A stretch of 64,000 bases of DNA from assembly GCA_963662665.2 (NCBI GenBank), contig CAXXJS010000020.1, positions 128,001 to 192,000 on the forward strand, written 5' to 3'. Of this stretch, positions 1-8,451 are shown in pieces (positions within the stretch are counted from its first letter, which is position 1; each line of letters opens with the position of its first letter). The position numbers were made by a program, and so were the translations under genes. The notes below the pieces were generated by a model. That model did no database searches, was not told the origin of the DNA, and saw only the letters and a program-made list of their open reading frames with translations. This stretch comes from Candidatus Latescibacterota bacterium (GTDB lineage Bacteria; Latescibacterota; UBA2968; GCA-2709665).

Positions 1-2059
1 GGTCATCCAGAAATTCGGAAGCGGGCTTCACGCCGGAAACCATCAGGTGGTCACGAGCACGGGTGCACGCAACATACAACAGGTGTCTCTCCGTGTTATA
101 AACCTCCTCAAGGTCCGAGTTGTCCGCGACCGTCTCAATGCGGTCCTGTTGCGGGATCACTTCGTCGTCACACGCCATTACGGCAACGGCTCGAAACCCA
201 AGCCCCTTGGCAAGGTGCATGGTCGCAACAGACACCCGGCCCGTGGCCGTTTCACTGCATTCATCCACAATCCGGAAAGGAAACCCCGATCCCTGTACCG
301 TCTCACGCGCTCGGTCCAGTTCCTCCGCCGATCTAACAAACACGCCCATTTCACCGGTATCGACCCCCTTGTCCTCCAACGCCTTAAGCCAATCTCCGAT
401 GGCCTGGCCCTCCTGCTGCGCATTATCGAACAAGGTTATTTCAGGTGGTTCGCCATTAAACGCCGAGACCGCCCCCCGGCGATCGTCGACGTTACCGTCC
501 ACGTCGGCGACTTCCGATCCCAGGAGTCGATCCGCCTGCATCCTGATCTGATGGGACGTTCTATAATTCAACGTTAGTGTCTCGGATCTCCCACGGATAT
601 CGACCCCAGCTGCCTTCCAGGAAAACGGCGCCTGAAAAATCCGTTGCCCGAGGTCGCCTGCGAAGAAGAGGCCATTCGGCCTTTGGCCACCCATTGCTGC
701 CAGAAGACGAAGTTGGGCAACTCCAATTTCCTGAGCCTCATCCACGACAATGAAATCATACGGTGGATGGCGACGCTCGGTGAGTCCATCTGCCAGTTTG
801 CCACACATGCCGGACTGAGTCATCAGATCCTGTTTCTGCAACTCGCCCTTGACACCCTCAAATATGCCCCACAGCCTCGATCGCTGCTCGATGGGCTGAC
901 GCGGCTTTCGCCCGAGTCGTCTGACATCGCGATAGGCCTCCCATCTATTCAATTGCCATGCGTCAACGACGTTCTCCCACTCATCCATCAGGAACGGGAC
1001 AGAAAATCGATACGACTCCTCCTTGTTTGCCTGTTCAGCCAGGAACTTTCGAACGACCTGCATTGTCGCAATTTTCGCGACACCGAACTGCGCCTTGTAG
1101 AGTCGCTCGCAGACTTGATGAATCGCGGCGACTTCCAGGCGCTCCATGAGTCGCGGTTCATCGCGAATCAGCCGCCTGACCCTCAAGCGGAGAAATTCGG
1201 CAAGGGTGTCGGAGAACGTTGTCAGCAGAACCCGTGCCTCCGGATTCGTGCGTACCAAGAATACAGCCCGATGAATTGCGACAGCCGTCTTTCCCGTGCC
1301 TGCAGTTCCGGATACCCGAAAAGGACCGTCGAAATTCCTCTCCACGATCTTTCGCTGCGTGGGGTGGAGAAAAATCGCCCATTTCGACCAAGGAAAGTCG
1401 AGCGCAAGTTCGAGCTCTTGTTCGTCCGGCACCAGTTGAAATCGTCGCTGTGCGTCGGGGTGCTCGAACGGATCGACGGAACCAACCGGCGCCGCCGGCT
1501 TCGGTGTCTCACCAACTGCGATCTGCAGCAACGCCTCGGCTGCTTCATCGGGAAGGTGCTCTGCCAACTCCAAGAGGTTGTCTTCATTTGCGTTACGTAC
1601 GTCTTCCAGCCATTCCGGCGGAACACCGTATCTCAAGAGATCCTCTTCCGGGGTCGCGGCGAACAGGAATAGCTTGACCGTCGGTTTCTGTTGCGGTTCC
1701 ACATAAACCGGCACCTCAATTTCCTTAACCGTTTCCTTTACTTCGACCAATTGGGCTGCTCCGGTTCTTGGATGGACTTCCAATTTACGCTTTTCGGCCC
1801 ACTTGTAAGCGTTGTCGTGGTGATCCACGTAGCACATCATCAGGCTCTTGGGTGTCCGATGCACAATGATTCGAACGTCCCGATTTACGCGAACGGACCA
1901 GAAATTTGGGTCTTTGGCTCTGTCAACCCTGTGGAATTTCAATCCAGGCTGAGCCGGATTCATCTGCAAATCAAAGGCCGCGGTTTTCACGGCCTTTTGT
2001 TCGTTTCCCGTCAGCCTGGCGAGGCTGTCGGTGAATGTGTCTGCTATTCGGAATTCCAT
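1..2059 (-). CDS. UvrD/Rep-family SF1 DNA helicase with N-terminal RelE/ParE-like domain (3' end runs off the window)
   Basis: Absent from the ORF track because there is no stop in the window. Segments translated by hand from ATG 2059: N-terminus MEFRIADTFTDSLARLTGNEQKAVKTAAFDLQMNPAQPGLKFHRVDRAKDPNFWSVRVNRDVRIIVH; Walker A VSGTAGTGKT (~1287-1316); motif VI ERHLLYVACTRARDHL near the window start, in the same frame as the start. Confidence 0.9.
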   Translation of the reverse strand, partial: MEFRIADTFTDSLARLTGNEQKAVKTAAFDLQMNPAQPGLKFHRVDRAKDPNFWSVRVNRDVRIIVHRTPKSLMMCYVDHHDNAYKWAEKRKLEVHPRTGAAQLVEVKETVKEIEVPVYVEPQQKPTVKLFLFAATPEEDLLRYGVPPEWLEDVRNANEDNLLELAEHLPDEAAEALLQIAVGETPKPAAPVGSVDPFEHPDAQRRFQLVPDEQELELALDFPWSKWAIFLHPTQRKIVERNFDGPFRVSGTAGTGKTAVAIHRAVFLVRTNPEARVLLTTFSDTLAEFLRLRVRRLIRDEPRLMERLEVAAIHQVCERLYKAQFGVAKIATMQVVRKFLAEQANKEESYRFSVPFLMDEWENVVDAWQLNRWEAYRDVRRLGRKPRQPIEQRSRLWGIFEGVKGELQKQDLMTQSGMCGKLADGLTERRHPPYDFIVVDEAQEIGVAQLRLLAAMGGQRPNGLFFAGDLGQRIFQAPFSWKAAGVDIRGRSETLTLNYRTSHQIRMQADRLLGSEVADVDGNVDDRRGAVSAFNGEPPEITLFDNAQQEGQAIGDWLKALEDKGVDTGEMGVFVRSAEELDRARETVQGSGFPFRIVDECSETATGRVSVATMHLAKGLGFRAVAVMACDDEVIPQQDRIETVADNSDLEEVYNTERHLLYVACTRARDHLMVSGVKPASEFLDD

Positions 2060-2418
2060 TTCGGCTTCCACCAGGTTTCACGATCCCATTCGATTGGGCA
2101 TCGTAATGCGCGGTCAGAAGAGTAATCATGTGGGACGGCGTTCGGCTCATGGAAATATCGCGGCCTACAGACACGATTGTGAAAATGTGGTAGCAGAGAC
2201 GACCTACAGTCTTTCCGGAATCAGTATGTGCCGAGAATAACTAAGCTATATCACTGAAATCGCGCTGTCGTAGAATGGCGATGTTGATTTTCTGCCGATT
2301 TCTATAAAAGATATCGGTGAATATACAACATACGCGATAGCTGATTTTGGCGAACCTGCAGTGAGACGTGAAGCAAGTTGGCCCACGCTTCGTAGTGGGC
2401 GGGCGTGTTTAGCGGGGA

Positions 2419-3312
2419 CTAACCACGCCAGAATCTAAACTCATCCTTGATGTCGGCTCGATCGTATTGTTTTTCAAAGACGGATTTAAGCCAAACTAAA
2501 TCCCAGCCAAAAAGCCTGAAGCAAGTCCACGAGGCACGAGCAAACCATTCGAAAGTTAGAAAAACCAGGTACACAGCGCTCTTGGGATCGAGACAGGGTA
2601 TGGAAATTTCACCATCGCCTGTGTGTACCAGTCTCTTCGAGCTAAGGCTCAACATTGCGAATTCATTACCGTGGGCAACGGAAGATAACATCGCATAATC
2701 AAAACCGGCATCGAGTGTAGAGTCAATTCGTTTTGAGATGGGAACCGGTCCCGATCCGAAGCCCCACAATTCACCTCGTCTGTTCTTTTTGTCAGATAAA
2801 CCTACACTCCTTGCCTCGATTCGTAGGTATTGAATTCTGCGATCAATTTTACGGGCTAACTCGCTATTACCTTGTGTACTCTCAACGCCCAATGGCGAGG
2901 CCATTTCCTTGCGGACAAGCCTTTTCTGCACGTATTGCTCCTGCAATCTGATGTTCAAGCTTCGGCTAACGCGCTCCTTAGAATCAATCTCTGAGTCGAG
3001 TAGCCACACGGCCATTGAGCAAGACTCAAGTACACCCCGTGAGCAGATCCACGGTGTACAACTCAATACATTTGGTTCAGGCGTCAGTACTCTCCTCAAC
3101 CCTGACATAAGGTCGGGTGAAACGAGCAGCATCTGCCGAACGCCCTGGTTATATGCAACCTGGAGCGCTCTCTCATTCGTAGAGTCCAAAAGCTCCACTG
3201 ATGCTATGGATCCTTTAAGTGGACTATAGGAATAGTGAGAGGCCATTCGCCGAATCACATTCGGCATTTCATCTAAACCAATAGCGGCTTCAAGAATCTT
3301 TTCCCAAACCAT
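2419..3312 (-). CDS. Hypothetical protein, possibly DUF5677/HEPN-like helical fold
   Basis: 297-aa ORF in visibly AT-richer DNA. Motifs SRGVLES..WLL and YAMLSSVAHG resemble the R..E and Y..LS..H pattern of DUF5677-like proteins. Confidence 0.55.
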   Translation of the reverse strand: MVWEKILEAAIGLDEMPNVIRRMASHYSYSPLKGSIASVELLDSTNERALQVAYNQGVRQMLLVSPDLMSGLRRVLTPEPNVLSCTPWICSRGVLESCSMAVWLLDSEIDSKERVSRSLNIRLQEQYVQKRLVRKEMASPLGVESTQGNSELARKIDRRIQYLRIEARSVGLSDKKNRRGELWGFGSGPVPISKRIDSTLDAGFDYAMLSSVAHGNEFAMLSLSSKRLVHTGDGEISIPCLDPKSAVYLVFLTFEWFARASWTCFRLFGWDLVWLKSVFEKQYDRADIKDEFRFWRG

Positions 3313-3406
3313 TGCTATACCGACTATTGCTGAATTCAGTGCTTCTCTCTGAATGGTTGAGTTCCAATATTGCAGTTCAAGGGGACATAGTTTGGCAAAA
3401 GCCTAG

Positions 3407-5038
3407 GAGTCTGCGCCGCAGGAGTTTTTACAAAGGGCGAGGTGTGTCCGTGAGTCGGGTTGGTCGTTATGTTGGGAGTGGTATGATGAGTTTTGGGTAC
3501 GGTGATCGTTGCAGGCAGGCGTGTTGAGGGCGAGATTCCAGGGATCGTGGCTTCCCGTATGTCGAGTCCATAAGGACAGGACACCCGAAAACATGCTTCA
3601 ACACATCGACAACGCTGCCATCCGCTTGACGTTCAACGCGAGGCAGACCAGATCCCACTCGGCACGCACCTTTTCCAGCCCCCGGAAGCTGAAGCGCCGG
3701 AAGCCCAATACCTCCTTGATCCATCCGTTGGGCGCCTCCGAGAGCCACTTGCGCTTCGCATACAGGCCCCGACCTTCCGGGCTGGTGAGCTTCTCGCCCA
3801 TGCGATGGGTCGCCGGAAGCGTCTCCGAATCGACGTCCACCTTTTCCTTGCCCTCCCGCCCCAGCGCCACGTAACCATCAATGCCACGCTCCTCAAGCGT
3901 GGCCAGGTCCTCCTCGTTGCAGTAGCCCGCATCCGCCAGAACCGCGTCCGGCTTGACCCCGAATGTCTCTTGCACACCATCCAGCAAGGGGAGCATAAAG
4001 CCCTGATCGGTGGCCTGTGACCCCAGATGTGCAGCCACGATGATCTGACGCTCGGCGTCCACCACCGTCTGCGCGTTGTAGCACTGCTGGAACCCCTCCG
4101 CGCTCGTCTTCATGATCCGAGACTCGGGGTCCGTGAAGTTGCTCTGAGCCTTCGGGTCGGGCTCGCCATAGGCTCTTTTGTAAGGCCGCCCGCCCTTCGG
4201 GTTGCGCTTCTGACCCGGTTTGCGCCCGCGCGCATCGTCGACGGCTCGTTGCGATGCTTCCAGACGCTCCCTCGCCGCCCTGATCGCCGCCAGACGAGCC
4301 TGCCTGCGCTGCAACTCGACCGGCAACTCGTCGCCACGAACATCCACGCCGTAACGTGCATCCTCCTCGGCATCAATCGACACAGCACCCGAAAGCAACG
4401 CCCCGATCTCTTTCTCCAGACGAGCCTGTTCCTTCAACATCCGCTCGTAACTCATGGCCTTGCGCTTGCTGGCCTTCGCTCGTACCTTCGTGCCGTCTAA
4501 AGATAACGTCCCGAAACGTACCAGGCCCATCTCCCGTGCCACACCAACCACCTCCACGAACAAACGCCCGAAATCTTCCAGGTGACGACGCCGAAACTCG
4601 CAGATCGTCCGGTGTTGTGGGAAATTGCCCGCCGCCAACATACGAAACGCCACGTCCTCCTCCAGCTTCCGAGCGATCGCTCGAGACGAATACACTCCCG
4701 TCGCGTACCCATAGATCAATACCTTCAACATCATCGATGGATCATATGGCGCATTGCGACGACCATCGCCTTCATAGGGCGCGTAGAACGACCCCAGATC
4801 CAGGGAATCCACCAGATCGCTCACCTGGTGCGACAGATGACCTTCAGGCACCCACTCCCGAAGATCCGGCGCCAACAGCAATATCTGGTCCGGGTGATAC
4901 GGTCGAAACGTTGTCGGCATGGATCGCTCCCTCCCCTGACATAACACACAACGATACCCTTGACATATACCAACTACACGACCCATTATACCTACAACTA
5001 CATGTCCATTGAAATGAATTTTCCTGCGGCGCAGACTC
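3407..5038 (-). mobile_element. IS1182-family insertion sequence (~1.63 kb)
   Basis: Perfect 17-bp terminal inverted repeats GAGTCTGCGCCGCAGGA (3407-3423) and TCCTGCGGCGCAGACTC (5022-5038), each flanked by CTAG (3403-3406, 5039-5042); encloses one transposase ORF. Confidence 0.9.
3598..4920 (-). CDS. IS1182-family DDE transposase
   Basis: Start MPTTFRPYHPDQILLLAPDLREWVPEGHL; DUF772-type motif YDPSMMLKVLIYGYATGVYSSRAIAR; LDGTKV, TDPESRIM, LADAGY, YAKRKWLSEAPNGWIKEVLGFRRF. Confidence 0.92.
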   Translation of the reverse strand: MPTTFRPYHPDQILLLAPDLREWVPEGHLSHQVSDLVDSLDLGSFYAPYEGDGRRNAPYDPSMMLKVLIYGYATGVYSSRAIARKLEEDVAFRMLAAGNFPQHRTICEFRRRHLEDFGRLFVEVVGVAREMGLVRFGTLSLDGTKVRAKASKRKAMSYERMLKEQARLEKEIGALLSGAVSIDAEEDARYGVDVRGDELPVELQRRQARLAAIRAARERLEASQRAVDDARGRKPGQKRNPKGGRPYKRAYGEPDPKAQSNFTDPESRIMKTSAEGFQQCYNAQTVVDAERQIIVAAHLGSQATDQGFMLPLLDGVQETFGVKPDAVLADAGYCNEEDLATLEERGIDGYVALGREGKEKVDVDSETLPATHRMGEKLTSPEGRGLYAKRKWLSEAPNGWIKEVLGFRRFSFRGLEKVRAEWDLVCLALNVKRMAALSMC

Positions 5039-6365
5039 CTAGACAAGCAAGTCTTCCAACGGTGCCTCTGGCCGTGATTATCGTTGTTCCCATCGGAAGT
5101 AGTTTTGCGGCGCTTTTGTCAATTCCAGTTTGAGTGATGTTTCTTTCAGTTTCCAGGACAAACACATCGCTTAAGCTGGGAGAGTCCTTAGGGGTGTACC
5201 AGGGAATGTCTCCGTCCCAGTAATCGGCCACAGATGTGCGGGGCGTTCCACCGCTTAGGAGTTCGATGGCATCATCCAGAACGCCCACCTCCCACCCCTC
5301 CGGTATCTCGCCGAGTTCCGAGTCGACGAGCCGGTCGGGGAAGAGGTCGACGATGTTTTTGTTCATCTTGTCGAGATACGCACGCGCTCGCTCCTTTGTC
5401 CAATCACTTTGATCAGAGTGGGGCGAGGCGAGCGCTGCCTTCGCCCTGACCGGGTCGAAGTCCACAAACCACGACTTGAACAGCGCCCGCGCCATCTCCT
5501 CCAGCGTCTCGTTCATCCGCCGGTTCAATTCAATCTTGTCGTCCAGCGTGCCCAGGACATGGGCGATTGCTGATTGCTCAGTCCGATCCCTTGGTGCACT
5601 AAAGGGCGCCGCCGCCATAGTTGATGCACTTGCATTCGGCTGGGCGGATTTGTCACCCAGAACACCACTCATGTAATTCCCGAATGCCGTTGATTTCAGA
5701 TAGTAACCGATGAACCGTGAATCGAACTCCGGTTTCGCCTTAAGGCGAACCAGATAGGAGGCAAACACCGAATCCGGAGGGTCGTTTATATACGCACTTG
5801 CACCAGTCGACGCTCCAGTCCGCGCTATAACAATGTCACCATTGCAGAGCTGGTACTTCTCCAAAGTCTCATCGTCAGTTTCTACGTGGGGCACAGTATT
5901 CCAGTTAAGCTGCCCAGACACTATATCGGTAATTCTGAGGAACTTGGGTCCAAGCGGGCTATTAGATGCGGATGCTGTTAGTCCATAGTCAATGGCATTG
6001 CACGTGTCTGCCAGAGTGCAATCTATCCACTCACCATCCGTGGTATCCTTCGTACCCTTATCCTGCAATACCACATGTTTCCTCTCGATTTCCCGGTGGA
6101 AGCTTTCTGGCAGTCTCGCCCAATCGTGCGCTTGTACGAGGATAGGGATGTTCGATTCCTCTATCGCTTGCAGCAGGCTAAAGAAGCCTTCGCCCAGGGG
6201 CTCCAGTCCCGGGCTTCTAACGACCAGATCCAGGTCGCTTCCTTCGTGACTTTCCCCGGTGATGCGGCTGCCGTACGCCCAGACCTCGGCCTCTGGGACG
6301 TGCTCACGCAGAAGCCCCTCAAGGATGCGCGTGTATCGCTGCGGCAGATGCAATCTGTCAGTCAT
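4998..6365 (-). pseudogene. hsdS: Type I RM specificity subunit HsdS fused to an N-terminal minimal nucleotidyltransferase (MNT) domain; truncated by the IS at ~5039
   Basis: N-terminal MNT motif VWAYGSR...SDLDLVV; TRD1 (FLRITDI, GDIVIARTGASTG, FASYLVR); spacer EQSAIAHVLGTLDDKIELNRRMNETLEEMARALFKSWFVDF; TRD2 start IPEGW..GGTP..ITARGTVGRL, after which the ORF reads into the IS end. Confidence 0.88.
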
Positions 6366-6405
6366 CGATGCCCTCTGCGATGATTCTCGTCAACTCCCTG
6401 ACGTC

Positions 6406-6440
6406 CGCCCTCACCCGACGCGCAGCGCCGGGTGAGGGCG
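6406..6440. repeat. Hairpin made of two head-to-head arms of the CCCTCACCCG repeat family
   Basis: CGCCCTCACCCG-(11 nt)-CGGGTGAGGGCG, a perfect 12-bp stem; same motif as the hsdM repeats. Confidence 0.85.
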
Positions 6441-6452
6441 TGCTCCATAGCT

Positions 6453-6632
6453 CTAGGCTTCAGGCACGGGCTCACCGTCTTCTCTCATTCCTTCAATATG
6501 GAATTCAATTGCCTCGCGAATCTCTTCCAGCAACGCTTCCCGCGTGTTCGCGGTAGCGACGCAGCCTGGCAGGTCGGGCACGTAAGCCGCGTAGTTGTTC
6601 GGGGTACTCTCGATTATGACAGTGTAATTCAA
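6453..6632 (-). CDS. HicB-family antitoxin (short, no adjacent hicA)
   Basis: 59 aa, below the ORF-track cutoff; TTG start; MNYTVIIESTPNNYAAYVPDLPGCVATANTREALLEEIREAIEFHIEGMREDGEPVPEA contains the HicB signature YVPDLPGC...EAI..H. Confidence 0.85.
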   Translation of the reverse strand: MNYTVIIESTPNNYAAYVPDLPGCVATANTREALLEEIREAIEFHIEGMREDGEPVPEA

Positions 6633-6711
6633 GGGTTGATTTTTTCCTTCTGCCCGAATCGCGACGGGTTGCGGCCGCGCGAGTCATGGTTCGAGGCGAT
6701 AGCACTCCGTT

Positions 6712-8451
6712 TCACGCCTTGAACGGCCGATATTCCACCAGGGCTGACCGTCCCACGATCTCCACGATCCGCACGGTCATCTCAACGCCATTTACATCGG
6801 TAAGTCGCAGCTCTTCCCCAAGCATGAAGTGTACCGGCTGCTGCTGACCCTGGTTGATGGCGATGTTCGAGGCGTAGAGATAAGTCCGGTCGAGGGAGTC
6901 GCGAATCGGACTCAGCGATCCCTTCAGCCCCGGAATCTGGCCACTGTCTTCGGAAAGAATGACGGCGCCGCCGCCGGGAAGCGGATCAAGTTCAATGGTG
7001 AGCGCACCTTCCGACGGTATCCAGTCGCGTTCGCAGTGCGCGGCAAAACCCTGAGCAGCGGCGAATACGGTCATTGGCAGATCGTCCTTATGCAGTCCGA
7101 TACTTGCCTCACCCAGCGCATCCGTCGTCGCCTGTTTCCAGGTTTTGTTCGGGAACAACACCAGCAATTCCGTATTTGGGAGCCTCGTGTCGCCGGCGCG
7201 CACACTGACGAGCACACGGACCGGATTCGGCTCGGTGGATGCCGCCGGCAGCGTAACGCGAAGTTCCGCGTCTCCGACCAGGTCGAACCGCGGCAGACGC
7301 CCGGCGAGTTCCCGGGTTTCTCTGCGAATGACGGGGACGCCGTCACCGCGCCGTTCCATGATGAAGAGTCGCCCGCCCGACCCCTGGATTCCGCTGGTTG
7401 GCATCCGGCCGAAGACCGAGGCGAGGACCTCGTTACGGGTTGCCTGGCGATATTCCAACTCTTCAACGGTGAGACTGTTGTCGAGTGCGCCGGGTGACTG
7501 GATTTCCACACGGTCGGCGAACATGGACAGGCGAATCCGGCTGACGCGTATCGAATAGTCGCGGTGCGCCACGGCATTGGCGATAGCCTCGAACAGGGCT
7601 TATGCGCTGTACTGTGGCAAATCCATGCGTGCCGGGTCTTTGTAGGCTCCAACGCGCATATTGCGCACGGCAAAGGCGACCGCTTCGGCAATTTGCCGGT
7701 TGAGGGGGCCGGTAATTGTCTGGGTATCGAGTTGGCCGGAGGCTCGATCCGTACCGCGGTAATGGGTGGCCGTAATGCAGGCGTTGGGCAGCCATTCTTC
7801 CGGTGTGTTGCAGCAAAAGAGGAGGCCGGCGACGGTCGCTCGCACCGTATCGTGTTCGTCGCGTCCGACGAGACCCATTTTTTCCAATGCGGTCTCGGGA
7901 TCGGCCCTGCCTTCCGCACTCAACATTGGTCTCCACAAGGCTTCGTCAAGCGTTCCCAAACCGGTGTTGGGCACCGGCTGCTTATCGAACCAATGGAACC
8001 GCGCTTGTCCCCGCCGTTGCGCCAAGCGCAACCGCTCATCGCTTGTCATGCGGCGTATTGAACTACCAACCCGAACAAAGCTTCCGCCTGGACTATCATG
8101 CTGCGATTCGCTATGAGGTACTTCGACGAGGAGCAATCGCTTGCCATCCAGTTCTTTGTTATAGGTGCTGATGCGAACGGCAGGTTTAATTGCGTCAGAG
8201 CTGATCCCGACCAGAACAGAATCCAACTCGACGATCTGTTCGCGCGACATGCCCTGAACTTCGCCTGCGTCGGTGACGCCACAGAGCAGCACACCGCCAC
8301 CGCCATTGGCAAAAGCCGCTATTTCATCTGCCAGGTCGTCTCGATTGGGCGCAGTAGGACGGTCAGCGCGGAACTCGACCTGCTTGAACTCACAGTAGCT
8401 GTCCTCGCCCAGGCGAAGTTGCCGTACAATCTCTTCTTCAGTGCAGCTCAT
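6712..8451 (-). pseudogene. AlbA_2 (Schlafen-like) + HATPase_c_4 ('RecG C-terminal') protein split by an in-frame TAA
   Basis: ORFs 7600-8451 (GEDSYCEFK..EIAAFANGGGGVLLCGVTD) and 6712-7572 (AHRDYS..IQSPG..RNEVL..ERRGDG) share a frame. Read-through gives PQYSA*ALFEAIANAVAHRDY, with TAA at 7600-7602. Confidence 0.85.

Noticed and set aside
47-2125. Plus-strand ORFs 47-577, 644-1672 and 1691-2125
   Set aside because: Antisense shadows of the minus-strand UvrD helicase.
2340-2425. Possible integron attC site downstream of ORF 2419-3312
   Set aside because: No properly paired RYYYAAC/GTTRRRY boxes, no second copy and no integron integrase.
6505-6705. 66-aa minus-strand ORF in the track
   Set aside because: Wrong frame; the recognisable gene here is hicB at 6453-6632.
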